A stretch of 64,000 bases of DNA from a bacterium (GCA_027482685.1 JAIXVU010000008.1:68652-132651); one strand, 5' to 3'; positions 20,801 through 30,145 are shown, numbered from the stretch's first letter. Program-made: numbers and translations. Notes: generated by a model from the sequence alone, not told the origin.

Positions 20801-21092
20801 GTGCCTCATAGGTAAGCTTGTTCTCCTTTGCGTACACTTCATCGTACTTTGGAGCTGAGAGTTCAAAAGAGATGAACTCGAGATCGAATTTCTTCTCAGA
20901 GTAATCACGAAGTGGTGAGAACTCACGGAAAATTTCTACTATGCCTTTTTCTGTAAGGTCCTTGTATGAAAGAATCTGGTTTTCAACTAAGTTAGGAATA
21001 TCAGTCAGTGGTGTACTGTACTTTGCAAACGTTTTTTGTGGGCGAGCACCGGCGGTTAGATATGTTTTTGGCATAAAGACAGATGTTGCCAC
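17856..21092 (-). CDS. rpoB: RNA polymerase beta subunit
   Basis: GDKLAGRHGNKGVIS, GGQRFGEMEVWALE and HYGRVCPIHTPEGPNIGL. Confidence 0.99.
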   Translation of the reverse strand: MATSVFMPKTYLTAGARPQKTFAKYSTPLTDIPNLVENQILSYKDLTEKGIVEIFREFSPLRDYSEKKFDLEFISFELSAPKYDEVYAKENKLTYEAPLRARVKLTNKILNTTKEQEIFMADFPLMTIHGTFIINGVERVVVPQLARSFGVFFDSEESKGKRYFGAKIIPSRGVWIELGTEADGGVYVRIDKKRKFSVVALLRVLGFTTDEQIKAAFNDHEVASPIISALVERDEVKTLHDAYIEIYKRLRDGDLATPENAKEYIDSIVSPERYDLSPVGRFRFNKRFGKSIDPKDKEAQRRTLSKEDMVDIIKHIVELNNDPNAEEDDIDHLGSRRVRYVGEMMAQKIRTGMMQMKRNIQDKMSVIDTDTTLPIAIINQRPLQARIKEFFTTNQLSQFMNQENLLAEVEHLRTLSALGPGGLTRERAGFEVRDVHTSHYGRVCPIHTPEGPNIGLILRLSNYARINDFGIIETPYVKVKDGKITKEIVYMNALEEERHIIAHAGNKYDEKGNLLGDEIEIRRVGQPGLAPKSEVEFIDVATNQAFSVATSMIPFLEHDDASRALMGSNMQKQAVPLMCPEAPLVATGMEGVAAKHIGRLVIADEAGEIKYVDAKKIVLKADKKEYEYPLINFARTNAFNLFHQRPIVSLGDKVKKGQVLADAATSDNGQIALGHNIRVAFMSWNGANYEDAIILSERLVKESKFSSIHIEEFVCNVRDTKLGAEVTTHDIPNVGENKLKNLDEDGIIRIGAEVRPGDILVGKITPKGETELTPEERLLRSIFGEKVRDVKDSSLRLDHGKRGRIIGVKVFSRERGDHLESGIIKRIHIEVAQVRNISVGDKLAGRHGNKGVISTILPVEEMPFAADGTPIDIILTPLGVPSRMNLGQILEMHLGLAADSLGYQAIVPSFQGASDAEIKEELVKAGYSASGTIQLYDGRTGEAFNQETAVGVMYIMKLHHMVEDKIHMRSIGPYSLITQQPLGGKAQGGGQRFGEMEVWALEGYGASHILREMLTVKSDDIVGRSAAFDSIIKGEDVQEPNTPASFTVMLNTLRGLSLDVDPVKPEGYTEQLLGETSL

Positions 21093-21336
21093 ACGGCTCT
21101 CTATATCCGTGTGACGTTACGTTACAATAAACTTTTATAAAAATTTTCTCTCATTCCCCAGTTGGTTCGAATAACCCAAAGTATTCGATACGTATGCAAA
21201 CCTTTCTCTCTATTTTTCGTAACTTAATCGTGGGTCAATAGTTGGATTATAATACCAGTAAATGAAGAAAATAGCAAATTCTATTAAAGACAATTATTAT
21301 TTTAATACGATAATATTTTATATGGGGTTTTGTAGG

Positions 21337-21523
21337 ACGATACGACAGATCTTTCGTATTAAATTTTTAAGTTTTTTCTTTTTAACCCCGCCCTTTCAAA
21401 GCACGGTACTTTTTTGCTAAAAAGTACCTCTGTTCCGCGCCGTCGCGCTTCCACGCGGCTTTAAAATGGCGGGGTTGGGTGTGGTGGATACAAAAGAGAA
21501 AGCCCGCCGAAGCGGGCTTTCTC
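21337..21523 (-). repeat. Structured repeat family A, copy 1 (multibranch hairpin plus terminator) upstream of rpoB
   Basis: Near-identical core to 29929-30112, with compensatory changes in the closing stem. Confidence 0.85.
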
Positions 21524-21531
21524 TTATCAAG

Positions 21532-22218
21532 CTAATCAATTTTATATATTGCAGTACGAATCTTTGCGTTTTCCTTACCCTCTCTATTCTCTGGTTTAAA
21601 TATGGAAGCAGTAATTGTTTTAGTGCCTTCATCAAAAGTGAAATCATAAGTGCTTCCAAATCCTCCGAGCTTGACGTATGTTTCTGTTCTTGGGTTAAGC
21701 TCTGACTTTGTAATTGTAACTATATCAGTTGAGCCTTTTTTATAATAAAGTATAAGAGTGTCATATACGACTACAATATAATTATCTGTTTCAACAAAAT
21801 TACCAAATAAAGTCATTCCAAGAGGGTTTTTGTCTAGCCGGTTAAGAGTGTTTACATCATATATACTTATATCAAGCCCAGCCTTGCCATTTAAGACAGC
21901 AAATGCGACAGTTTTATCGTCTCTATATTTTATTAGAATTGTTGACTTTGCTTGTGATGCATTATTATTATAGCTTTCAAGTATTGGTGTGTATACATCC
22001 GAATACTTTTCCGTATATCGATCAATGACTGCTTTATCTGCTACTGAAAGTTTATCGTATGGATACTCTTGAGTGGGTTGAACCGGAGCAGTAGTAGTGG
22101 TAGTAGCTGACTGAGTAGTATCATCCGTTATAATCGTCGTTTCTTTACTTTGGTAGAAAAAGGCTGCCAAACCAAAAAGTACAAACAAAATGATTATAAT
22201 TATATACGTTTTTTTCAT
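21532..22218 (-). CDS. Membrane-anchored/exported hypothetical protein with Thr-rich linker
   Basis: N-terminal TM/signal and TTTTT linker. Confidence 0.8.
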   Translation of the reverse strand: MKKTYIIIIILFVLFGLAAFFYQSKETTIITDDTTQSATTTTTAPVQPTQEYPYDKLSVADKAVIDRYTEKYSDVYTPILESYNNNASQAKSTILIKYRDDKTVAFAVLNGKAGLDISIYDVNTLNRLDKNPLGMTLFGNFVETDNYIVVVYDTLILYYKKGSTDIVTITKSELNPRTETYVKLGGFGSTYDFTFDEGTKTITASIFKPENREGKENAKIRTAIYKID

Positions 22219-22284
22219 AAGAGCTTGATTATAACATAAAAAACCGAACTTTTTAGAGTTCGGTTAAAGACACTTGAAAACTGA

Positions 22285-24114
22285 TTAGAAACGACAACCA
22301 CTCAACCACAGACAAAAGCTGGGAGTGCCGTTGATATTTGCAAGGTAATCGAGAACTCCCGTTGCGCCGTTGTACCCATAAGGGTCAACAGTCGCATAGC
22401 TGTTTGGCTGATAATCATTGCTGTAACCACTTCGCAGCTTAAGAGTTTCGAAATGAAGATGTTGACCAACAGGCTTAGTTGGTGGAGATATATTTCCTGA
22501 CAAACCAATTTGTTGACCATCGACAACAGCTTGACCTGGGACAACGTCAATTCTGCTTAAGTGAAGATACTGACTGATAAACCCATTTCCGTGGTCGATA
22601 CCAATTGCTCCCCACGCAGCACATCCCTCGCTAATACCTTTCGGCACACAACCGCCGTTCTGATTGACAACCACACCACTTGCCGCCGCTCTCACTACAG
22701 TTCCAGTAATCGCGCTATAGTCATAGCCAGGATGAGCGTCATAGTTCAAGGCTGTGCCTGAGGTGCAGTTTTTAACACCGGTTCCCGATGTTCCCACATA
22801 AAGACTTGCCAAGAAACCTGACCATGACCCTGACTTTATCGGGTAACACGGAGAAGCTGCAGACATGGGGTAAGCCGGAGTTGCCTCAAACTCTTCGCCT
22901 GTGAAAGAAACAATTTTCCCTTCCTTTGAATAAAGGGTGGACATATAGTGATCAAGAATCGAAGTTATTCTTTGAGGTGTATAGGCCCCGAGAGGATAGT
23001 TGGCAGTTTGGATAGGGAACCGCATGATCATCCCCATCGTGTTGTCAATGAACTTTACGTCGTCGATCTTGAAAGATACTGCTTCACTTGAAGTGATAAT
23101 GAAACCACCCATATCAGCTGTACTACCACCCAAAATGGCGCTGAGCGGAATCATGGCCCGATACCATTTGCCGGGTGTTGCAGTCGTTGCAGAGGGTACG
23201 ATGTAATTTTCGAGATTTACAACTGAACCAACGACAGTATTGGTGTGATCAACCAGTTGACCATTTAGCCTCTGAGTTGAGGTGGTCTTTTGGAAATTAA
23301 CCGCTACGTGCGTATAGCTTGCTGAAGGCATCGTCCACCCTGCATAGATCTCATGAACCTGAATACCTCCGTATGCACTTGTTGGAGTGAAATCGATCCA
23401 GTAATTATCTGGTGTACCACCGATTGTTGGCGTAGGCCCACCCCAGGAAAACAAATAAGTTCCTGGACCTTTGGTACCAGCAACACCTTCAAACAGAGTC
23501 GTGTTGATATCGAACCGAAGTTCATCAACAAAGATTGTTGCCGACCCTGTCGGATCTTCAATTGCCACCCATTTTATCTGCGGATTTGGCCCCAAATTCA
23601 AGTGAGAAATCGGAATACGAAACCATGTCCACTTTCCAGTTGGGATAGTATTGGTTTCGCTGTAGCTTGTCAAAAGCAGATCAGTTCCTGAGCCGGCGGA
23701 TGTGCCTGCAATGAAGTGGAGCGAACTGCCGCCACTCACGTTGTAAATGGCGAGATTAAGCTCCTTGTAGCCGACGGTACTGAAATATCCGCTTCCACCC
23801 ACAACTCCTGGGGAAAATGCTCCCCAGGGAGCGTTGAACACAATCTTCGCAGCCTTCTGCCCTTTGAATAGGGTTGGGGGTGTTTCGAGTGTTGGTGTTG
23901 CAATACCCCAAGACCAGCTGTTCCAACCGAAGCCAAGCGAAGTGACTGGTGGGTACACGGTGTTGTCCGTGGTTAAGTTTTCGTCGAACATCGCTGACGA
24001 GACTTGGGCGTTCACACCCAAAGAAGCGACAAGCGCAAAGAGCGCTGCCAGCAATCTGATTAGTTTATTCACAGCAAACCTTTCGTAGTTGAGAAAGAAC
24101 ATCAACTTACGCAA
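22285..24114 (-). CDS. Secreted M23-family metallopeptidase with two N-terminal CBM-like beta-sandwich repeats
   Basis: Signal peptide. HPGYD (HxxxD), YLHLS and HLHFE (HxH) motifs. Repeated GKW...IP.S motif. Confidence 0.85.
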   Translation of the reverse strand: MRKLMFFLNYERFAVNKLIRLLAALFALVASLGVNAQVSSAMFDENLTTDNTVYPPVTSLGFGWNSWSWGIATPTLETPPTLFKGQKAAKIVFNAPWGAFSPGVVGGSGYFSTVGYKELNLAIYNVSGGSSLHFIAGTSAGSGTDLLLTSYSETNTIPTGKWTWFRIPISHLNLGPNPQIKWVAIEDPTGSATIFVDELRFDINTTLFEGVAGTKGPGTYLFSWGGPTPTIGGTPDNYWIDFTPTSAYGGIQVHEIYAGWTMPSASYTHVAVNFQKTTSTQRLNGQLVDHTNTVVGSVVNLENYIVPSATTATPGKWYRAMIPLSAILGGSTADMGGFIITSSEAVSFKIDDVKFIDNTMGMIMRFPIQTANYPLGAYTPQRITSILDHYMSTLYSKEGKIVSFTGEEFEATPAYPMSAASPCYPIKSGSWSGFLASLYVGTSGTGVKNCTSGTALNYDAHPGYDYSAITGTVVRAAASGVVVNQNGGCVPKGISEGCAAWGAIGIDHGNGFISQYLHLSRIDVVPGQAVVDGQQIGLSGNISPPTKPVGQHLHFETLKLRSGYSNDYQPNSYATVDPYGYNGATGVLDYLANINGTPSFCLWLSGCRF

Positions 24115-24239
24115 AATTACGTAAGTTATCTCAGCATAGCATTTAATTTACAACTATTGTTGTTCATAGTAGAAAATAAGTGATTCACCAGCTTATATCC
24201 CCTCCTCAGTATAAACAATTCACTATATACTAAAAAGTA

Positions 24240-24836
24240 ATGAAAATACTTATAGTAACAGGACATCCGAGAAAAGAAAATCATACAGAACGGATTGCTA
24301 CAACATATAGAAATGAAGTTGAACGACTGGGACATACGGCGAATGTAATCAATGTCTACGATACAAAATACGAACTACCTTACATGAATTTTGAAAAAGA
24401 TTCGTTAAGTGAAGATGACCAGAAGAAAATTAAGAAGATGCAAGAGATGATCACGTGGGCAGACGAGCTTGTGTTCGTACATCCTATTTGGTGGGCGTCA
24501 ATGCCAGCTGGAATGAAAAACTGGGTAGATGCAATGTTTGCACCCCACTTTGCATACAAGTATAACGAGAAAGGAAAAGCAGAGCCCTTACTAATAGGTA
24601 AAATTGCAAAGGTGTTCTGTACAGCTGGATCATATGCATTTTATTATCGTATTCCTTGTATTAGATTCTTTACGCCCATCAATCTTATCTGGCGATATGC
24701 AATACTTGGATTTGCAGGCATTGAACTAGTTGATATCAAGATATGCGATAGAATGAATGTAAATAATGGTCTTCCGCCTAAAGGACGCTTTGAATCTTTT
24801 CTGAAAACTATCAAAAAATCAGCTGCACATCACTAG
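24240..24836 (+). CDS. NAD(P)H dehydrogenase (quinone), flavodoxin-2 family
   Basis: MKILIVTGHP and WADELVFVHPIWWASMPAGMKNWVD. Confidence 0.9.
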   Translation: MKILIVTGHPRKENHTERIATTYRNEVERLGHTANVINVYDTKYELPYMNFEKDSLSEDDQKKIKKMQEMITWADELVFVHPIWWASMPAGMKNWVDAMFAPHFAYKYNEKGKAEPLLIGKIAKVFCTAGSYAFYYRIPCIRFFTPINLIWRYAILGFAGIELVDIKICDRMNVNNGLPPKGRFESFLKTIKKSAAHH

Positions 24837-24907
24837 ACTAGGTGTTAAATAGTTAGGAACTAGGGACTAGAAAATACAAAAGAAAAAGCGCGACCGTTGG
24901 TCGCGCT

Positions 24908-25180
24908 TCAGAGATGTACCACCGTCCCATCGCACAAGCGATGATCGAGTGAATCATGCTCAAGATGGTGAGTATCGTAGTTTTCAAAAAGTGGATGCTC
25001 ACGATACGCACACCCGCACAGGTGGCAAACCCTTCCACCACTTGCACGTCGCCACGTAGGGTCATCATCTTGATGAAGTGGTTGAAATGGTCGCTGACTG
25101 GACTCACGAAAGAGTAATCGGGTTAAACGACTCATCCCATGAGGTCGTCCCATACTCACATCTTCTAGATCATCATTCAT
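24908..25180 (-). CDS. Small hypothetical protein with CxxC/His motif
   Basis: RASGGRVCHLCGCAYREHP...HRLCDG. Overlaps the upstream gene (ATGA-type coupling). Confidence 0.65.
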   Translation of the reverse strand: MNDDLEDVSMGRPHGMSRLTRLLFRESSQRPFQPLHQDDDPTWRRASGGRVCHLCGCAYREHPLFENYDTHHLEHDSLDHRLCDGTVVHL

Positions 25181-25466
25181 TTGACAACCCTTTCAGTATT
25201 TGTATAAGTTGTTTTTGTCTCTCTGTATCTATCGTAAGAGATGTGATACTTTTGTGCGCGGATCTTCGCACCTCTTCATCTGGTGACATAAGATCCTGTG
25301 CGTAGCTTTCGTATAGACTACGCTGGATGATTTTCGCATTTTCGGTAATAGCAAACCCAGCGAGCACAACAGATCTCACGCCTGAAAGTTCGTGCTCAAA
25401 GACAATGGCAACATGAGTCCCCTCTGGGCATTCTGGAGGGAAATCGTTGTAGATAACTTTATACAT
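25173..25466 (-). CDS. Hypothetical orphan protein
   Basis: AGGAGG SD before ATG. Confidence 0.65.
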   Translation of the reverse strand: MYKVIYNDFPPECPEGTHVAIVFEHELSGVRSVVLAGFAITENAKIIQRSLYESYAQDLMSPDEEVRRSAHKSITSLTIDTERQKQLIQILKGLSNE

Positions 25467-25528
25467 TAGAAAACCTCCTGTATATCTAGCTACAGCAGAA
25501 CACCTCTCTTTAGACTACCATATCTATA

Positions 25529-26137
25529 TCATTTGAGATATTTTAGAATATTCTTAACATCTTCAAAGAGCACTTGCCTCATACTTCCATTATAGAGCGC
25601 AACCGCTGGATGATAGAGCGGAAGTAGTGTCGCCTCCCCCCATTCAAACATTCCCTTATATACCTGACCGTGCATTTGGCCAATTGGTTGCAATTCATTT
25701 GCAACACCACCTTTTGTAAAGAGGTACTTCATACTAATACGCCCCAGCATCACAATTACCTTTGGTTGTATAATTGCCAGTTGTCTATCAAGAAATGGTG
25801 CGTAGAGCGCTATCTCATCATCTGTCGGATCACGATTTTCAGGCGGTCTGTCTTTCACGAGATTAGTAATATAGACCACCTCTCTGCTTAGATGAATAGA
25901 TGTGAGCATCTCATCAAGTAATGTACCTGACCTTCCACAGAATGGTCTACCACTCTTTGCCTCCTTCTCCCCCGGAGCTTCACCAACAAAAACAATTGAC
26001 GCATCAAGCGATCCTTCACCAAGTACAGGAATATAGTTATTAATCGTGCGGTACGAATAAAGCGGTGAATGTGTAAGAGCGACTATATCATCATGTAACT
26101 GTTGCATCGCAGTAATCTTTTTGTCACGAGTTTTCAT
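25529..26137 (-). CDS. Uracil-DNA glycosylase, family 4
   Basis: VGEAPG..E...GRPFCGRSG, TNLVKDRPPENRDP and LYHPA. Confidence 0.93.
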   Translation of the reverse strand: MKTRDKKITAMQQLHDDIVALTHSPLYSYRTINNYIPVLGEGSLDASIVFVGEAPGEKEAKSGRPFCGRSGTLLDEMLTSIHLSREVVYITNLVKDRPPENRDPTDDEIALYAPFLDRQLAIIQPKVIVMLGRISMKYLFTKGGVANELQPIGQMHGQVYKGMFEWGEATLLPLYHPAVALYNGSMRQVLFEDVKNILKYLK

Positions 26138-26238
26138 GTATATAAGCATAGCAAAAAGTTATCAACACAGACCCTTTACAAAAGTAGTAATAATTAGTAA
26201 TATAATTATGTCCAACTACATATGAAAGGAGGTCGGAC

Positions 26239-26595
26239 ATGAAGCTCTTTCACGGCATCAAAACGTGGTCCGTCGCAATGGTCGCTGTGCTCTGCACGCC
26301 GGCCGCCTACGCCAGTTCCTGCAACGGCATCACCGACTACGTCGGCGCCATGTGGCAACGTGAGATGGGGCACTTGTCCTATCACGCAGACATGTTCGGA
26401 ACGATGATCCTGACCGGTGATTACCGACTGTTCTGGGTCATGCAAGTGTGCTCGACCAAGAGCATCCTGTCGACGCTGTTCTTCAGCGTTCCGGGCTGGA
26501 TTGTCCTCGGACTGATGATCGTCTTGGCTCCGCGAGGATGGCGTCTGCTCAAGCGACATTCGCAGCTCCTGCGGCCTCGTCTCGCACGAATCTGA
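26239..26595 (+). CDS. Hypothetical membrane protein (orphan, GC-rich)
   Basis: GAAAGGAGG SD, signal peptide and C-terminal TM. Confidence 0.65.
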   Translation: MKLFHGIKTWSVAMVAVLCTPAAYASSCNGITDYVGAMWQREMGHLSYHADMFGTMILTGDYRLFWVMQVCSTKSILSTLFFSVPGWIVLGLMIVLAPRGWRLLKRHSQLLRPRLARI

Positions 26596-26684
26596 GAACC
26601 TCCTCGACTGTTACAGTCCCCACCGTCACAGTCTTCCCGCTCAACCCCACAAGTTGAGCTTTTTTTATTGTATACTTTTATCTA

Positions 26685-27008
26685 ATGGACATACCTAATA
26701 TTAAAAACTTTATACATTACAAGACAAGAAAAAAATATCTAGCTCTAGATGTAGAACACCCTCTTGCAAATGCAGAATATTATCAGAATGATGATGAATC
26801 CTTTTCAATAGGTTTGTATACAATTGACGGGCAAGATCTTTTCATTGCTTGGGGTCCAAAAGGTAACTGTACACACCATGCGTTACTATTTACAAATCCA
26901 CCTATTACTGGAGAAGGTTGTGTTGATTTTAGTATTTATGGAAACAAAATTCTTTTTCGTGAAGAAGATAAAGACTACACGTATATAATTCCGAAAGTTA
27001 CAAATTAG
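26685..27008 (+). CDS. Hypothetical protein
   Basis: ORF with TATACT just upstream of ATG. Confidence 0.65.
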   Translation: MDIPNIKNFIHYKTRKKYLALDVEHPLANAEYYQNDDESFSIGLYTIDGQDLFIAWGPKGNCTHHALLFTNPPITGEGCVDFSIYGNKILFREEDKDYTYIIPKVTN

Positions 27009-27014
27009 AAACTA

Positions 27015-27371
27015 CTACTTCATCTCACGCAACCAATTCTTCATATACATTATTTCGTTTGATTGAGATACGATGATGTCACTTGCGAGTTTCTTTAATT
27101 TCTCATCCTTGGTAATCTCAAGTAACTCTTTTGACATTGTTACAGCAGATTTATGGTGAAGGATCATCTCTTCTAAGAATTGTTTATCGCTTGTAATAGG
27201 TGGATGCTCATCATGCATTGAAAACATCGCATCACCCTTAGACATAGAGGAACTACTATGCATATACCCATCACGCCATGTGACTACACCAAATGTAACC
27301 ACAACACCTACTAAGATACCGAAAAGGAGTACAGCTCCTTGAGATTGCTTGGTCGCTACTTTATGTTTCAT
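27015..27371 (-). CDS. DUF305 ferritin-like (CopM-like) protein
   Basis: DKQFLEEMILHHKSAVTMS...LASDIIVSQSNEI..M..W plus N-terminal TM. Confidence 0.85.
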   Translation of the reverse strand: MKHKVATKQSQGAVLLFGILVGVVVTFGVVTWRDGYMHSSSSMSKGDAMFSMHDEHPPITSDKQFLEEMILHHKSAVTMSKELLEITKDEKLKKLASDIIVSQSNEIMYMKNWLREMK

Positions 27372-27484
27372 ATCAAAAAGTGTACCACACACTCTAATAA
27401 AAACTACTCCACATATGTGGAGTAGTTTTTGTATATATTTTTTGACCTACAAGAAACTATCTAGCGACACGCACCTGTGGCGAC

Positions 27485-28024
27485 TTAGTTAGACTTGAGA
27501 TACGCGAGCATGGTATCAGCGTCTGATACTTCAAACGGGTCGTTTGGAACATTATCACCAAATCCTGGCTCTACGAAGAGTTTCTTGATAACCCCGTCTT
27601 CTACTACCATAGAGTATCTCCATGATCTGTCTCCGAAGCCTAGGTTTTCTTTCTTAACAAGCATACCCATACCTTTTGTAAACTCGCCATTTCCGTCTGG
27701 AAGAAAATGAACTTTTTCAAGTCCTAGATTCTTCTTCCACTGGAACATAACGAATGCATCGTTAACTGAGAGACATATAACTTCATCTACTCCGAGTGCT
27801 TTTATCTCGTCATACTTTGCTTCATACCCTGGGGCATGTGTTGATGAACATGTTGGAGTAAAGGCTCCAGGAAGAGAAAATACTACGACTTTCTTTCCTT
27901 TGAAAATCTCATCTGTGGTAACATCTTGCCATCGGAATGGATTACCCCCTCCGATAGATTCATCACGCACGCGAGTCTTAAACGTAATCTGTGGAACTGA
28001 TGCTCCTTCTGTTAGTTGTGACAT
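27485..28024 (-). CDS. Peroxiredoxin (Prx5/type II)
   Basis: [18 protein letters not shown] and GDRSWRYSM. Confidence 0.95.
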   Translation of the reverse strand: MSQLTEGASVPQITFKTRVRDESIGGGNPFRWQDVTTDEIFKGKKVVVFSLPGAFTPTCSSTHAPGYEAKYDEIKALGVDEVICLSVNDAFVMFQWKKNLGLEKVHFLPDGNGEFTKGMGMLVKKENLGFGDRSWRYSMVVEDGVIKKLFVEPGFGDNVPNDPFEVSDADTMLAYLKSN

Positions 28025-28157
28025 ATGTTGTAGTAATTAGTTATTAGTAATTGGTAATTAGAAAATACAAACTTCAAATTTCAATTCTATTCTTTTGCAG
28101 AACATTCATACCTGACAATTCTGCTATACATCTATAGTATCGTATCTTCTCGACACT

Positions 28158-28207
28158 TGCAAAAGAAATAGAGCGACGCCTGTCAGCGTCGCTCTATTTC
28201 TTTTGCA
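28158..28207 (-). terminator. Long hairpin terminator downstream of the DEAD-box gene
   Basis: TGCAAAAGAAATAGAGCGACGC-CTGTCA-GCGTCGCTCTATTTCTTTTGCA. Confidence 0.8.
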
Positions 28208-28235
28208 TATTTACCAAATTCCTTCAGCGGTGGAC

Positions 28236-28373
28236 GTTTCAAAAGATAAGAATTTTGGATGAGATGCGAGGCGAATAAAATTTTTGTGACTAAGGCGTAC
28301 ATCTAGTACGACGCATGGAACAAAAATTTTATTCAACGAAGCAGGTCACCAAAATTGTTATCTTTTTGGGACG
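28236..28373 (+). repeat. Structured repeat family B, copy 2, overlapping the DEAD-box stop codon
   Basis: AATTTTGG..GATGCGAGG-C-GAATAAAATTTTTGT...CGTAC-ATCTA-GTACG...ACAAAAATTTTATTC-AACGAAGCAG..CCAAAATT. Confidence 0.75.
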
Positions 28374-29698
28374 AACGTAAGAGCATGGCCAAGTTTAGTC
28401 CCACGTCCTGTTCGCCCGATACGGTGAATATATGTCTCGTAGTTATTTGGAATATCGTAATTAACAACAAGAGATATATCGTTGATATCTAGTCCGCGCG
28501 CTGCAACATCAGTCGCAATCACAACTTGCACCTTACCAGAAGCGAGTGCCTTCACAGCACGCTCACGTTCACGATTATGCATATCACCATGTAGTGCGAG
28601 AGCCTTGAACCCACGTTTGGTAAGCTCATCAGTAAGTCCGTCAACATGACGCTTCATCTCACGGAAGATAAGAACCTTAGAGTATTCAGGCTTATTCAAA
28701 ATATCATGGAGAGCATCCACCTTTTCTGCATCAGTGGTTACACGTATTACATCCTGCATAACAGATGATGCGGTATCGCGTGACTTAATAGATACAGTCA
28801 CAGGGTCAACGAGGAAATCTGTACAGAGTCTCTTAATCTCTGGACTAAATGTTGCAGAGAAGAAAAGCCCTTGCTTGTCCTTTGGCATAGCACCTAAGAT
28901 TGAACGCATATCATCAATGAATCCCATGTCTAGCATACGGTCTGCTTCATCAAGTACGATACTATCGAAGAAACTCATGTTGATCTTCCTACGTTCGATA
29001 AGATCCTTCACACGTCCTGGTGTTCCGATAACGGCGTTAACGCCTAGCTCAAGCTCTTTTATCTGTCGCATGATTGGTGAACCACCAACACAAGATACAG
29101 AGAAGAGCTTCATCCCGCGTGTGAACGCTACGAACTCTGCCTCAACCTGCATAGCAAGTTCACGAGTTGGAGTAAGTACCATCATCTTGTGATCTTTATC
29201 AGCTACGAGCTTGTTGATGAGTGGAATTAAAAATGCTGCTGTCTTCCCTGTTCCGGTAGATGCAATACCTATCACATCTTTTCCTGTGAGTACTTGTGGG
29301 ATTGCTTGGTCTTGTATTGGAGATGGATTGATGAGACCTTTTGCAGTTAAGTTCGCAGAGAGTAGCTCATGAATGTTGAAATCCGTGAACTTGTGTGTTG
29401 GAGTGTAGTTGTTGGTTTCTGCGATACCAACCTCTTTGTTAATGAAAAGCTTCTCGTCGATATAGTCCTTCTTAAATGATCGCTTAGCGTTAAATGGGCG
29501 AGGTGATGAAGCGCCACGAGAAAATCCACCACGTGAACCTCCGCGTGGTGCATATCCTCCACGTGAGCCTCCGTCACGTGATGATGAACCGCGTGGTGAA
29601 TAGCCTCCTTCGCGAGGAGATGATGAGTAAGAACGAGGTGAACGTGTGCGAGAATCGGTACGTGAGTCAGAAGACCCACCAGTTGTTATGGTATACAT
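28358..29698 (-). CDS. DEAD-box RNA helicase with N-terminal RGG/Ser-rich tail
   Basis: Q motif, TGTGKT, PTRELA, DEAD, SAT, ARGLD and HRIGRTGR. Confidence 0.96.
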   Translation of the reverse strand: MYTITTGGSSDSRTDSRTRSPRSYSSSPREGGYSPRGSSSRDGGSRGGYAPRGGSRGGFSRGASSPRPFNAKRSFKKDYIDEKLFINKEVGIAETNNYTPTHKFTDFNIHELLSANLTAKGLINPSPIQDQAIPQVLTGKDVIGIASTGTGKTAAFLIPLINKLVADKDHKMMVLTPTRELAMQVEAEFVAFTRGMKLFSVSCVGGSPIMRQIKELELGVNAVIGTPGRVKDLIERRKINMSFFDSIVLDEADRMLDMGFIDDMRSILGAMPKDKQGLFFSATFSPEIKRLCTDFLVDPVTVSIKSRDTASSVMQDVIRVTTDAEKVDALHDILNKPEYSKVLIFREMKRHVDGLTDELTKRGFKALALHGDMHNRERERAVKALASGKVQVVIATDVAARGLDINDISLVVNYDIPNNYETYIHRIGRTGRGTKLGHALTFVPKR

Positions 29699-29875
29699 AT
29701 GTATTTGTAGGCAAGAACACGCGAAATAACGCAATGATTCTTATTTAGTTAATTTCATTATTTGCGCTTACCTTCAGTAAAAAGAGAAGGGTTGTATGGT
29801 TAACCACAACGCGTCAAATCAGAAAAACCTTTTGCCTGACTACACAGTGATATCCATAAAGGAAATAATACAACT

Positions 29876-29904
29876 ATTATAGCAAACTATAGACTTTTTG
29901 TCAA
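29876..29904 (-). promoter_or_regulatory. Consensus sigma70 promoter of the DEAD-box gene
   Basis: Minus strand TTGACA-17nt-TATAAT, about 170 nt before ATG. Confidence 0.85.
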
Positions 29905-29928
29905 ACAAACTTTAATTACCATAGTGGC

Positions 29929-30112
29929 ACGATACGTAAAATATTTTGTATTAAAATTTTTAAGTTTTTTCTATTACCCTCCACCCTTTCAAAGCACAGT
30001 ACTTTTTTGCTAAAAAGTACCTCTGTTCCGCGCCGTCGCGCTTCCACGCGGCTTTGAAATGGTGGAGTTGGTTTGGTTACTACAAATGAAAAAGCCCACC
30101 GAGGTGGCTTTT
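29929..30112 (-). repeat. Structured repeat family A, copy 2, upstream of the DEAD-box promoter
   Basis: Matches 21337-21523. Confidence 0.85.
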
Positions 30113-30145
30113 GATAATGAGTTATCAGCTCAGTCGTAAAAGAGC

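Noticed and set aside
14244-21092. Many antisense or overlapping ORFs inside rpoB/rpoC and other core genes
   Set aside because: These are shadow ORFs from codon bias, with no motifs or initiation signals.
21417-21705. ORFs overlapping element A and the adjacent gene
   Set aside because: They overlap a better-supported CDS and a non-coding repeat. The second repeat copy has no equivalent ORF.
29705-29870. Riboswitch in the long DEAD-box 5' UTR
   Set aside because: No recognisable aptamer consensus by eye. A long UTR alone is common for cold-induced helicases.
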